Positions 36,617 to 49,049 of a stretch of DNA of 64,000 nucleotides are shown here, piece after piece. Origin of the DNA: Gekko japonicus. Taxonomy: Eukaryota. Position numbers and translations under genes: made by a program. The stretch is taken from contig NW_015161963.1 of the NCBI RefSeq assembly GCF_001447785.1, positions 1 to 64,000 of the forward strand, read 5' to 3'. The stretch's first letter is position 1; each line of letters opens with the position of its first letter. The notes under the pieces are model-generated. The model did no database searches. It was not told where the DNA came from and worked only from the letters and a program-made list of their open reading frames with translations.

Positions 36617-39512
36617 GCAAGCGACTCCCTGCTCTGCACTTTCCGTCTCTCGGCGTAGGACTTTGTGTTGTTGGATGCTGGGCATGGGAAGGAGGGGAAG
36701 AGGGAAACGGTTTGGAGAAAGCAGGTGTAAGAGTCAGCAGAGTGGAATGGTAACATTTCTCTTGGACTGCAAGCAGAAAGGTTGCATGTCTGAATGCTCT
36801 TCCGTAGAGGGGGAGGAATCCTCATTGCATGGAGAACGCTAGCATCTAGGAAGACAACATGAGCCCTGCTGGATCCCAGCCCTCTGTCATTTATAGTGAT
36901 TCTGAACATGGAAGCTCCATGTTTCTACTTATGGCTAATAGCTGTTGACAGACCTCTTCCTCCTCAGCAACTTTGCCCAGTCCACAGTGCCACATATTGA
37001 GTCAAGGAATTCCATGAGTTAATTATCCATTATGTGAAGGAGGAATTTATCTAGAGGGATGATTCCGGCCTATCCCTTTTCCATTAAATATTAGGGTGTT
37101 TCTTTTTCATGTAGTGAGGGGTTTTTTCCCCTCATGAAGGAACATTCAGACACACGATCCCCCACTTTTAGCTTGAAGTCCAGGAAGAACTGTACCATTT
37201 GATGGTATCAATTGGGGGGGAAACCACAAATAAAACAGTGTTCTGTTTTGTAAGCTGTAGCTGACAATGCCCCTGAGCAGAGGATTTACATTCCCCACCC
37301 CCACGCTTCATAGAATCCAGGTGTGGGGGGGGGAATCGTAGTACATCCACATTTTCTTTGAGACAGGTGAAGGCCTTGAAGTCAGAAAGCTGAACACACA
37401 GTTGACTCCCTTGTTAAGATTACCTTGCCTGTGAGATGCCTTTTGGAGCTGGCCTCCAGCTTTAGCAAGGCTCAAACCAGGTTCTTAGTGGTCAGCCTGT
37501 GTGTGGGTTGTGCAGCGTCAGACTCACATGGCTGAAGCCCACCTTTATAAAATGCCTCCAGAAAGAAAACAAGCTTGTTGGAGAAAAGGGTGGCCTAGGA
37601 CCCTTTCCTTTAACATTGGGGGGGGGGATTGCATCTAGTTTAATATGGAAGAGTTCTTTGAGCACCTACATGCAATCTGAAGTGGTACAGCCTAGATACA
37701 GCTTTAAATCCTCAGTGGTAGCATTAGGCCTCAGCTTCTGGTTTTACTTGAGAAAATCTTTGCAGGGTGAATGTGATGTCTACTCAGGCTTCTGTTTCAA
37801 TCATCTGTTCTGCTATGGGCTGCCAGTCAAGTGTCCTGTTCAGGTGGCAGATCTTGTGTGCTGCAAAGGGCAGTGGACAGGGAGACAGATCTGAGCCCCA
37901 GGGCAAAAACCCTCTGTGAAGTTCTCTGCAAGCCTCATTGGAAGGAGCTGTACCTGTGTAAGGCCATAGTAATGCTCAGAGCTGAGCACAACGTATTGGG
38001 AAGCCTTCCTGCACGGCCTGTAGAAAGGGGGTGACATACCATGTGCCCTTTCCTCTTCAGATCCCAAAACGTGTCTGGCTAAATCTTGACATCTGGTTTT
38101 ATTGTCATTGTTCTGGTTTGGGTTGAATCGATTGATCTTATTTGGGACATTTTGTAAGGGAAGGTTTACAAATAGCTTTGCAGTTTGTGTACAGTAGTGT
38201 CAATCAGGCTCTGTTTGCCACTGTCCCTCCTGCATGATGGCCCCTTCTGGCACTGAATACACTAGGAAGTTGCCACTCCCATAGGAGAGCAGTGGATATT
38301 GTTATAGGATTCTCTTTCCTTAAAAGCTCTTTGTATTCTTTGTGGTGTGCTGTGCTGATGGCGGGAGGTTTGCTTCTCTATGTTGTTTCCCAGACAGACA
38401 TTGCAAGAGTAGTACCATAACATCTTGGTTCTAAGCTGTATGGCTGTGGGAAAAAATCATAAAGATCTGTGTGGCTCTTTGTGTCTCTAGAGTCCTTGTT
38501 TGTGCTTTTCAAACATGGCAAACATTCTTTAGCTTGAGAGTGGAGACTGAATTAGGTTTTATATTCAGATCACTGTGAGGGGTGTATAGACAAGGGGGAG
38601 GGGTGGGATGATGAGTGGGGCCCGAATGAAGGATACCAGCTACTCTGGCTGGGGAATATCACTTGGTAATTAGGGATAGTCTCTCTGTGCATGACCCAAA
38701 CCCCTCTAAATGGGATAGTCTCTCTGTGCATGACACCCCTCCAGATTTTAATAGTATTATTTAATCCAGGTTATAACATACAGGTCTTTAAAAATAGTTT
38801 TGCATTCTGATTCCAAGTTGGAGCTTCACCACTGAAGAAGACTGCCTCGAGGTGGAGAGCAGCTGTTGATTCCATGATTGGGGGGGGGGGGGCTGGCTGG
38901 ACTCCTCTTTTGTCAACTGGTTGTGCTTCCGTTGTGTCCTGTGATGATTATACAATTCACTGGCCATTCTTATGCACAGCAGTCATTTGCGCTTCAGTGC
39001 TGGGAGAAGGAGACTTCCATGTGTGGCTCTGCAGTACTGAGGGACCTTTTATACACAGTATTCGGTGAACCTGAGATGTACACATATATAAGGGCATGGG
39101 GTAAGGCATTTTATACAAATGTTGCAGGTACCGCTAGTGCCACTGCAGTTCGTAATGTGAAAGTTAAGAGCCAAAAGCATGTGAATTTTGATGCACATTA
39201 TGGCCCGGCTTGGAAATAGCTACTTATCTGCTCACCTCTGCAAGTCAAAATATCCAGGTTTGTTTAGGCAGGGAAGTTGGGTCTACAAAGGACATGTGGT
39301 TAAGCCAGTGGCTGGTAGCAAAATTATGGGGGCTGTTGACTTTTATAAACTCATTTGTGTGAGGACGGAATAGGGTTATGTGTAGGTTTGTAATGCCTCC
39401 ATTGCATGCTAAAGGAAGTGTAGAGTTGTCATCGTGGGGAAACAGGTGGTGACCTCCAGTGTACTAAATACTTGCCTGGGTCTAAAAGCTTGCCTTTTCT
39501 TTCTCTCCCTAG

Positions 39513-39931
39513 AAGGCCAGAAATGCTCACATTCGGACCAGATTGAGAGTTCAGATTCCTATGGCGATCTCTCCGATGCCAGCGACCTCAAGACCCCCGA
39601 GAAACAAAACGCCAATGGTTCCTTCTCCTGCGACATGGTGGTCACCAAAAATAAATTGGAGTCAGAGGGAGATAAGAAGTACCCCTGTCCTGAATGCGGA
39701 AGCTTTTTCAGATCCAAGTCCTATCTCAACAAACATATACAGAAAGTTCATGTTCGCTCCCTGGGGGCCCCATTAGGGGACTTGGGCCCTGCACTGGGCT
39801 CCCCCTTTTCACCCCAACAGAACATGTCTCTTCTGGAATCATTTGGGTTTCAGATTGTTCAGTCTGCATTTGCATCCTCCCTAGTGGATCCAGAGGTCGA
39901 CCAGCAACCAATGGGGCCGGATGGAAAATGA
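39513..39931 (+). CDS. PATZ1: PATZ1 exon 5, terminal coding part: (E)GQKCSHSDQIESSDSYGDLSDASDLKTPEK...YPCPECGSFFRSKSYLNKHIQKVH...QQPMGPDGK*
   Basis: Polypyrimidine tract then TAG|AAG acceptor; last C2H2 finger; TGA at 39929-39931. Confidence 0.96.
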
Positions 39932-40904
39932 AGGCCAGCTTTAACCTTAACAAAACAGTCTGTTTTATGTATAATTATAAAATGGCTGTGAACAAGGGGG
40001 AGGTAACAGAATCCAGTTTTGTAGCTGAGGCATTTTTAATACCCTTTAGGTTCCCTCCTTCACTTGTTCTCCTCCCCTCTAAATCTTCCCTGGGTGGAGA
40101 ATGTTGGTCACCTGATGATTTTCAGGGTGTCTGCATGACAATGAATTGATGACGACTTTCAGGGCTGCAGTGCAGGCAGGATTTGTGCAAACCATCCAAG
40201 AGGTCTGTGGATGGTCCAACTTGGAACCAGGAAAGAATGAAAAGCCACACTGGTTTGAGAATTTTAAAGAATCCAAGTTGACCCGGCAGAGAGAGGTAGC
40301 CTTCTTGATACCCTTGATCTTCTCATTCTCTCTGCCCCATAACTTTCCTGAGATTCTCATATTAGCATCATTGTCTGCTCATAAAAACACACCCTGTGGT
40401 ATCTAGTAGGTAAAAGTGCCGTTCTTTTTACAAAACAGAAATCAAGCTTTCTTTCTTTTTTAAGTTATTTTTGTTTTTAAACAATGCAGATTCACATCAA
40501 AGTGGGTGCCGCAAGATTGACGGGCAATGCCACCACCATCTGGCTGTCAGCAAATCCAAAACATGTTCCTGGGACAATCCAATGGGAAATTCTCCTGCAC
40601 AATCTACATATACGGGGGCCCTATTCATTTCAGTGGGCCTTGGCAGGAGAATTTCCAGCAGATGGTGCCCTTTGTTTGTTTCTCTAATCTTCACAAACTT
40701 TCTATTGGTTTTCTGGATCTCTCTTTTTTGTTATTATTACCTTTATGATTTTAGGACCTGTTATAGTGATTTGCCACTGAGATGCCCTTTCAAGGCAATT
40801 ATACGGAGAGCTCTTAAAGCAGCAGTCATATTAGGGGTAGTATTAATTTTTTAGATGTATCATAATTAATAACTTGGCTAGTTGATTGTTTTTTAAGTCT
40901 ATGG

Positions 40905-41144
40905 AATAAAATAGTTATGCAAAACGGAAAAAAAGGAAAAAATGAATAGAAGAGGTTAAAAATAAAAAATAACAACAGTGCACACTTCGTTGGTTGATGC
41001 TGGTTTGATGCATAAAAGACCCCAGAAGATTAAATTGATCAGCGATAGGATACATTTTTCTGTACCGCCAACATGTTTAGTGCAATTAAATATATAGGGT
41101 TCACAGAGTGATTTTTTTTAATAATTGGATTGGACTGCATTAAA
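40905..41144 (+). terminator. Candidate PATZ1 polyadenylation signals: AATAAA at 40905-40910 and 40961-40966, ATTAAA at 41139-41144
   Basis: Hexamers about 1-1.2 kb after the stop codon. The ATTAAA is followed by a U/GU-rich downstream element (TTCTTTTTGTCTGGTTT). Confidence 0.5.
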
Positions 41145-42631
41145 GAAGTTAGAATGTTACTTTACACCCCTTCTTTTTGTCTGGTTTCTAATTTGGAAAG
41201 GTATGGGGGGGGGTTAACAGTTTAGTTACCATCCTGAAATGTTTGCATCTGAGAACTGGGAAACAACAAGACTTTTATCACATCAACAAGATTCTTATCA
41301 CATCAACAGTCTGGAATGTTGACTCTGGTGGGGCTTACATCAGAGCTGTTGACCTGATACAGGCACATCATTTATAAAGCACATTCAGGGGATCAGAAGC
41401 ACCCCTTGGACTGGCTCCCACCTTCTTCCTCTCTTCTAATCAGATTTCCCCCTCACTTTCATTCTGTGCTAACAGTGGTTAGTGTTATGCCTGCATTTAA
41501 CACTATTATTTGGCATTAAACAGGGCTGGTTTAAGCAGCTTCAAAACCATGGGTAGCATTAGTGTTGGTGCAGCTGACAAGGGAACAAAGGAAGGAAGAA
41601 GCACATTAGCCCAAGGGCTACTTCCCATTGGTTAGTCATAGCTAAGAGAACATTGACATCTACACAGGGCCACTGTCTCTTGATCAAGCCCTGACTAAGG
41701 GCAATGAGAATGGTGAGATTTGAACTGAGTAACATAAATTCCTTCCAGTGTAACTTGTTCAGGGGATGTCTGAGAAATAGTGCCTGTTTGTCTATCCCCC
41801 CCCCTTAAGGTCAAGTGACCAAGGAGGCTTAAACTTCCCTGTAGCATACACCAACAGAAGATTATATTGGAGCCACTATTCAAAGGAACACCTTCCAGTC
41901 TTTGACACACTTTACAGCCCCAACTCTTAAGAAAATGCAAAAAGTTTTAAAGGAGTCCACTGCAGCAAGTAGTGGAATATTCTGCTCTGAAAATAGTCAT
42001 CAACTGAAAGTCCTTAGGCCAAATCCAGCCCACTGAAGAGTCACCCTTGCAGTGAAAGCCAGTAAAGTAAATTCCATTTGTGATACTAGAATTTGCTGAC
42101 AGGCTGCTTTAGGGAAGGTATTTGGGGCACTGGCCCACCACTCCTCACTCAGTTCTCAGAGTAGCTATCCAGTAAAATTGGTTCCAACCCTCATTTTAGA
42201 TAATAATACTATAATGGCCCCTGTTTCAATGAGGAATTCTCACTTTGTGCTTAAGGAACACAACTGTCTCCAATTGGTAGAGTCTTTCGGAATGCACAGA
42301 TTTCCTTTGTTTGAATTAGAAACATCCCCAAATCTCATTGGAGCCAGAGAACAGGACTCTTACATATTCAGCTTCTAAATTATTGTAATGGGGTATTCGG
42401 CATGACTTAAGACTTGAATTAACCATAGGATTAGATAGGTTTGTGAGCAAGTGCTCTTTAGTTATTTCCTACTTTATCCTAATGGAGTTGGAATCTAGTT
42501 TTGCGCATGGAGTGTTATAATTATTGAAATACTGGGTTATAGTAAAGCCTTTCAGTTAGCAAGATGAGAATGGAGTGTGGGGGAACCAAGAGAATGAAAG
42601 GAATTGTGTGTTTATTCCCTAGCAAAACTGA

Positions 42632-43081
42632 GGTCCCGGTCACATGCAGAATTAGCCGCATGAGAGGGACAAATGCTGGGCGGATTTTAAGGGTGCGATC
42701 ACACGAAAACATCTGGCAAGTGTCCCGCACCCGTCGGCAACCCGTATCGCCCGGCTGAAGAAGTGGAGTTAAAAGATACCAGGGGAAGTGCACTATTTTC
42801 CGGAAAAAGTGGGGCGCGGGCGGGCGTCAGATCGCGGAAGCGCTGGTATCCTGTCGCATCCGGTGGTATGCGTGCAAACAGAACTGCGCATGCACACAAA
42901 GGCGTACTGCTGAACTGCCTCACCCTTCTTTGCCACGCTTCACCATCAACGTGTGATCGCGGCTGAGGGCATGTTGCACAGAGCCTCGGGAAACGTCTGA
43001 TCGCGATACCATGCTTCATTTTACTCCGGAGCAAAAAGCCTCGCTTCGCCCCCGGATTATCTCGCTGGTGTGACCGGGACC
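42632..43081. mobile_element. PIF/Harbinger-type MITE (450 bp, CpG-rich, probably young)
   Basis: Perfect 13-bp TIR GGTCCCGGTCACA; 3-bp TSD TGA (42629-42631 and 43082-43084). Confidence 0.85.
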
Positions 43082-43560
43082 TGAGATCCCCAGGTCAATG
43101 AAGATGGCAGCTCTGGTTGTTTTTCTGTCACGGAACTTCGTTTGGCCCAAGGTACAGTTATATTGTAGAATTGTGGTTGCCACAAATGAGATGTCTCCCC
43201 CCACCAAGGTTGAAAAAAAAACTTAAGCTCCTGTATAGATCAGGGCATTATGAGACTGGCCATTTTGTTTTCTAATTCCTTTCCTAATAAATACTGTATA
43301 GATGACGTTCTAGGGCTTATTGACAAAAATGAATAAATCACAGTAAACAGGAAGAATGAACAAGAGGCACTTTGTTATATGTGGTAAAACAAAGAAATTT
43401 GTGGTAAGCACCTGTTTTCTTCAGACCCCTTTGATGCAACTAATAGTTCTTGGGAATGGAAGAAATGCAACATATGTATAAATGCATGAAGCAGCCTTAT
43501 ACTGAGTGACCACTGGTCTATCAAGGTCAGTATAATTTATTTTGACTGGTCAAGGCCTTT

Positions 43561-43950
43561 AAGAGCATAAGAAGAGCCCTGCTGAATTCCTGGCTCCGGG
43601 ATTCAAAGGCTAAGTGTGAGGTTCCCCTCAGTCACCATGGCTAGTAGCCATTGGTAGACTTATCCTCCATAAATATATCTACTCTCCCTTTAAAGCTTTT
43701 TATTTCTGTGGCTATCACAACATCTTCTGGCAGCGAATTCTACATTTTAATCACTGTAAAGTAGTATTTCCTTTTGTCCATCCTGAGTCTACTGCCCATC
43801 AACTTCATTGGATGCCCTCGAGCTCTAGTATTTTGGGGGAGAGAGAAGAATACTAGAACTCAAGGGCGTATAATGAAGCTGATGGGCAGTAGGTTCAGGA
43901 AGAACAAAAGGAAATACTACTTTACACAGAGTGATTGAAATGTGGGATTT
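43561..43950. mobile_element. CR1 LINE 3' fragment (-) with a fold-back inverted copy, inserted in a SINE
   Basis: Reverse-complement CR1-type tail AAGAGCATAAGAAGAGCCCTGCTG; 43735-43833 and 43849-43950 are inverted copies (..AAAAGGAAATACTACTTTACA..). Confidence 0.7.
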
Positions 43951-45715
43951 GTATCATCTACTACCTCATCCATTTTAACTGGAGATTACAAGATGGAACC
44001 CGGAACATCCCACATGGCATGCAAAACATGTTACACCACTGAGCCACAGCCTCTAACCTGATTCCTGTTCCTGTTCTACAAAGATGCCCAAATTCACTTC
44101 AATTTCAGTCCCTGTTTTTCAATAATTTAATAAAGATGGCAGATACAGCCTAGCTATTCTATTTATGAAAGTAAGAGTTGACTATCAACACTTCAATGTG
44201 GCTGGAAGCCAGTTTTTGTCAGTTTACATTACAATCCTCAAGACAGATCTGCCAGGCTAGCCTACCCAGTAATCATGGCATTTTGCAAGTGTTCTCACAA
44301 ACACAACATCAGACTACTACACGAAGTATTGTGTATTCTACAAAGGATGATCAGCTGTTCCAGCCATATCGTTAAAAAGAAAATATACCCAAACATTTCA
44401 AGGATGAAATCCCTGTACAGTGGCTATGAAGGGGTTCTCTGCTCCCAAGCAAGTTCTTTTATAAGCATGGTTTATGTCTATCAAATTATAATCAAAATTC
44501 TAATAATACATTTAGTCACTGTATAAGAGCGAGAGGCTACTCTTGGTGACCCCCTACATACACCCTGAAGATAAATCAAAACCTGTGTTTTGAAATAGTG
44601 AAGAAAAACAAAGGGACACAGACTGTCTTGTCCAAGGTCGTTCTGGGAAACAAGGAGTGAGCCGTAAATAGCACTTTCTAGTCAAGGTCTTGTGCCTTAA
44701 CCACAAGACAAACGTCTACTTCAAACATTCACAAAGGTTGTCTGCTATCCAGAACAAGATGGCAACTGGGTCTTTGCTTGCCTAAAACAGGAAACAATGG
44801 TAAATAAAAAATGGTGTGCTTTCCACAAATTGTGTGTGTGTAAATGGCGCTTTACAGAATAGCAAAAGCAGAGGTCCCTGCCTTTAAGGAGTTTATAATC
44901 TGGACTTGGTTTCCATTGTGAAGGGAATGGCACTCTGTACATGACCATGGTATATTACAAGCACAGAATTTATATTATTTGACTATGTTTCTTTAAGGGC
45001 TGGTAATAGTGGCTGTGGAAAACAAAGGGGAAAATGGGACTGCGAGGCCAAGTGCACCTGCTACAAAGAGCTTGCTTGGAGATGAGATGAGGGGCACAGA
45101 CTAAGAACTCAGAGGTGGTGCCTGACAGCAGAGGACAGAACTTGGAGGTGCTTTTTGGTTTTTAAAAGGGTCACTTTCCAATCTTGCAGTAAGGTAGTTT
45201 ATTGTATTAACAAATTGCACTGATTTGTTAGGCTTTTTTTTTTGGCATTTGAGTTCTTTAACTGTTGGGTGTTTCCTGCGATTTATTAATTTTTGTCAAT
45301 AAGCCCTAGAACTTAATCTGTTGCCAGGTGTTTGCCTCAATTCTTCAAATGCCCTCTCAAAAGTTGCCAGGTGTGCGTAACTACCCAAAATCCTCCACAA
45401 TGAAGAGTGACTGAAAGAATTCAGCCTCTTTGCAATCTCCTAAATTCCTTTAGGGCCTTTTACTCCTTGGTTCCCTAATAGACCAACCACCTCCATACCT
45501 AGTTTCCTGCCCCAATTAAATACAATGTTACTGGTTATCTTGCAGTGTCCATTGAAATTAATGAATATAGAAGGATGTGACTCTTCTAATTCTTTTGACA
45601 ACTTCCATTGCTTTTGCCAGAGCATGTGCTCCTTTTTGCTCTGCTTTGGCCAAGACTCCATCTATTACTTATTTATTTGTGTTATTTATAGCTCCATCTT
45701 TCACAGGGACTTAAG

Positions 45716-45921
45716 CAATGTTCCCTCTAAGCTGTGGAGTCTTGTGAGCAAAAATCATACTTTATGAGCTCCTGGCATTAAAGTTGTGAGCGAGCAATTT
45801 GGCTGCTGCATAAATTAGTTTGCTCTGGAGCCATCCTTCCTGAGCTAAGACAAAAATGTGTGAGACAGAGGCTAAAAAACTGTGAGCTAGCTCACACTAA
45901 CTCAGCTTAGGGGGAACACTG
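45716..45921 (-). mobile_element. hAT MITE, family A copy 3 (opposite orientation)
   Basis: Same TIRs; TSD GACTTAAG / GATTTAAG (7 of 8 match). Confidence 0.88.
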
Positions 45922-47964
45922 GATTTAAGGTAGATTATACATGAGTCAGTACAATGAACTAAATGTGACATTCAGTAACTAATGCATTAGAATGTCCGAA
46001 GTCTGGAAGCACCAGAAAGAAACAGAAGCATAGCTTAAGTATTATTAAGACATATTCAGCAGTATAGAAATCACATAATAGGATACAATATGCCATATAT
46101 AACAGTATAAACTGTAAGTCAGGATCAGTTATCCAAGTAAGTATGAACCATTTTGTACTATGCAGCCTTAGTACCTGAGTAGAAATCCCCTCTTGAATAG
46201 TTGTTTTGCATAGTTAAAAGAAGCCTAATTTTTAAAGATTGTATCCTTGACTCTGGTAGTGTCAGGTGAAGAGCCATGTTAGTCTGTAGTAGTAACAAAA
46301 TTCTAGTCCAGTAGCACCTTAAAAGACTAACAAGCTTTTATGCATCAAAGCTCACTTCCTCTATCTGCTGAAGCTCACTTTAGCCAAAATGAACTTTGAC
46401 TCATGAAAGCTTATATCCTGGGGGGAGTTTTTTTAAAAAAAAATCTTTAAGGGACTACTGTATTAGAGTTCTGTATTTGCTTGGACATTTCTTAATTTGT
46501 GGTATACATGTTAGCTGACCATCCATTATGGTGATTTTAAACCCTTTCTATGTATCTGGACTGGAGAGTGTTCACTTTCTGGATCCTCCCTTCGATTTCC
46601 TTCTAACCCCCTATTTTTTAGAAGCTTCTTCTTTGGAAATTGATGCATCACAGTCTTTGACCTTCTTTCTACTTACATATATGTTAAGTTTGCAGACATA
46701 TTTTGTTCTGGGTCCCTGAACGTCATTCAGGACCAAGTCTGGTGTTGCCTCTATTTGGAACACCTTTTCCTTACAGCAGTTGGTTCAAGTACATGGTGGT
46801 TGCATTATGTACATCTCCTTTTTTTTGAAGGGCATTTGTGCCTAACAAATCCAACAATCCTAACCAAGTGAAGATGAAGGATAGTACAATTTCAGGGAAA
46901 GGAAAGCTGGGAGTCCTGTCTTGTTGCTGTGAAATGGGAGAAAGTGAAACTAACAACTGCAGACAAAAGCTTTAGCTGACTGAGCTAGAGACATCCAGCC
47001 CCTCCCTTGTTTTTTTGGGTTCTTGAATAGTTGACATTCATTTCAGTGAGGCTGATGCCAGACAAATTCCTAGTCATGTATGGCACAGATTTGCCAGGCT
47101 CCCATACTTAATAGCATCCTGAATCTGCCAACTGAAGTGCATACTATCTCATCATGCTTTATTATAGGGCTGCCTCAATTTACAGGCATACTTCCCAAGT
47201 ACTAGGAGCAGGTACTGCAATTCACTGCAAAATATGTACTTTAGAACAGTTCCCTAGTCTTGTACTGAGGGAAAAGAGCTAATGCTCAAATATCCAAGCT
47301 GGAACATTTGGAAGATTATAAAAGGTAAACATTTAGTGCGGCACACACGTAGCTTAAACAGGAAATTTATGGACACCTTTGTTTTTAATTTAATTTAGTT
47401 TTTGAGATGGTGACTTCACCATTGGGTGCTGGACCAATCACTTTCAGGAATTACAGGCAAGGGCAGATATCAGCACCTCCAGAAACTGGCAGCTGAGCTT
47501 TGTTTTCAATACCAAAATCCATTTAACCTCGATAAAAGCTGGAGCCACAGCCAAGGAGCAGCCAGTCATTACATACACCGCCCCAACATGTTCTCTGGCA
47601 ATTTCCTTCCAGGAAAACAAACAGTTCTCTCTGTAGATAGGCACATGGCTTGCTGCATAAAGAACCAGGTATTTTCATAGGTGTTATATACAGTGTTACA
47701 TAAGAGATGCATGATTTTGTCTGGAAGATTTTGAGCCACACCTGCTAACAGACATAGCCTTCATTTTTTTATTCTGCATACAGCAGCCGAGATACTGCTG
47801 ATGTGAAATCAATGTTAAATAGTAGACTATGACTTCTCTCTGTCTGAAAATTAGTTACATGGGTACTGGGGTAATATGCTTCTTTAAAGAGGGCTCCATA
47901 TAGCTCTCTGTATTTGGCTCTCCAACCCCTCTCAGTGAGAAAAGGGTTTAATATGGGTTAAACA

Positions 47965-48818
47965 CAGGACTTTTTTTCTGGGGGAACACATTGGAACGGA
48001 GTTCTGGAGCCTCTTCAACAAAATTATTTTAAAAATGTTTAAAAGTTCAGGAATTTTTAGTATAGAGATTGAAAACGTCATTTCCCTCTTGAGAGTTCCA
48101 GCACTGGGAGAGCCAGTTTGGTGTAGTGGTTAAGAGCGCAGGCTCTAACCTGGGAGAACCGGGTTTGATTCCCCATTCCTTCACATGCAGCTGTTGGTGT
48201 GACCTTGAGTCAGTCATAAATTCTTTCAGAACTGTTCTCTCAAGGGAAGTTCTTGAGAGAGCTCTCTCAGCCCCACCTACCTCACAGAGTGTCTATTTTA
48301 TTTATTTATTTTTGGATTTATATCCCGCCCTCCCCGAAGGCTCAGGGCGGCTAACAACGAGGCACAAGTGCCAGAATTAAAACAGATAAAGCAGTCTAAA
48401 ACCATAAAACAATACAGTACAACAACAAAGTGTCAGTGCAAGATGGGGTAGAACTTCCTCAAATGGTATTGGTCCCACAACTTGTCAGCACCCTCTCCTT
48501 CCAGGGTCACCTTGCACCCAGATGGAACCACATATTAGTGGTAGTGGTGCGATGCTGCAAACATATCGGTGGTGGAATTGAAGTGGCTGCGGCTCCTACT
48601 CAAAAGCCTGGCGGAAGAGCTCCGTCTTACAGGCCCTGCTGTTGTGGGAGGGGAAAGGGATTGTAAACCCCTCTGAGACTCCTTCAGGTAGTGAAGGGTG
48701 GGGTATAAATTTATTTTATTTATTATTTATATTTATACCCTGCCCTCCCTGCAGGCAGGCTCAGGGCAGCTTACAGAGGTCAATTTCCTCTTCTTCTTCC
48801 TTCTTCAAAAAAGCCCTA
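47965..48818. mobile_element. hAT MITE carrying a nested tRNA SINE (~48106-48710) that itself carries an inverted LINE 3' fragment (~48295-48638)
   Basis: TIRs CAGGACTTTTTT / AAAAAAGCCCTA; perfect 8-bp TSD GTTAAACA; SINE head GGGAGAGCCAGTTTGGTGTAGTGGTTAAGAGC. Confidence 0.8.
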
Positions 48819-49049
48819 GTTAAACATATGTATCTGTTAATGTGAACATGAACATGCTGCAGCTCTGTACACCTGAGGTTGTCCTATTGAACATTCTGTA
48901 GGGAGTAGCTATAATTACACCGTTGAATTCCTGTAGCATTTTAAAAAATATCCAAAGTGAAGCTATTGCCTTTGCTGTTGGTTTCCCACTGCACCTCCCA
49001 ATGGAATACAGTCTCCAAGCATGCGTGGTGTCTCCTTGCGTCCAGCATG

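Noticed and set aside
38673-41308. Short tandem duplications (39-bp period at ~38673-38735; 20-bp period at ~41264-41308)
   Set aside because: Ordinary two-copy slippage duplications; not CRISPR-like and with no evident function.
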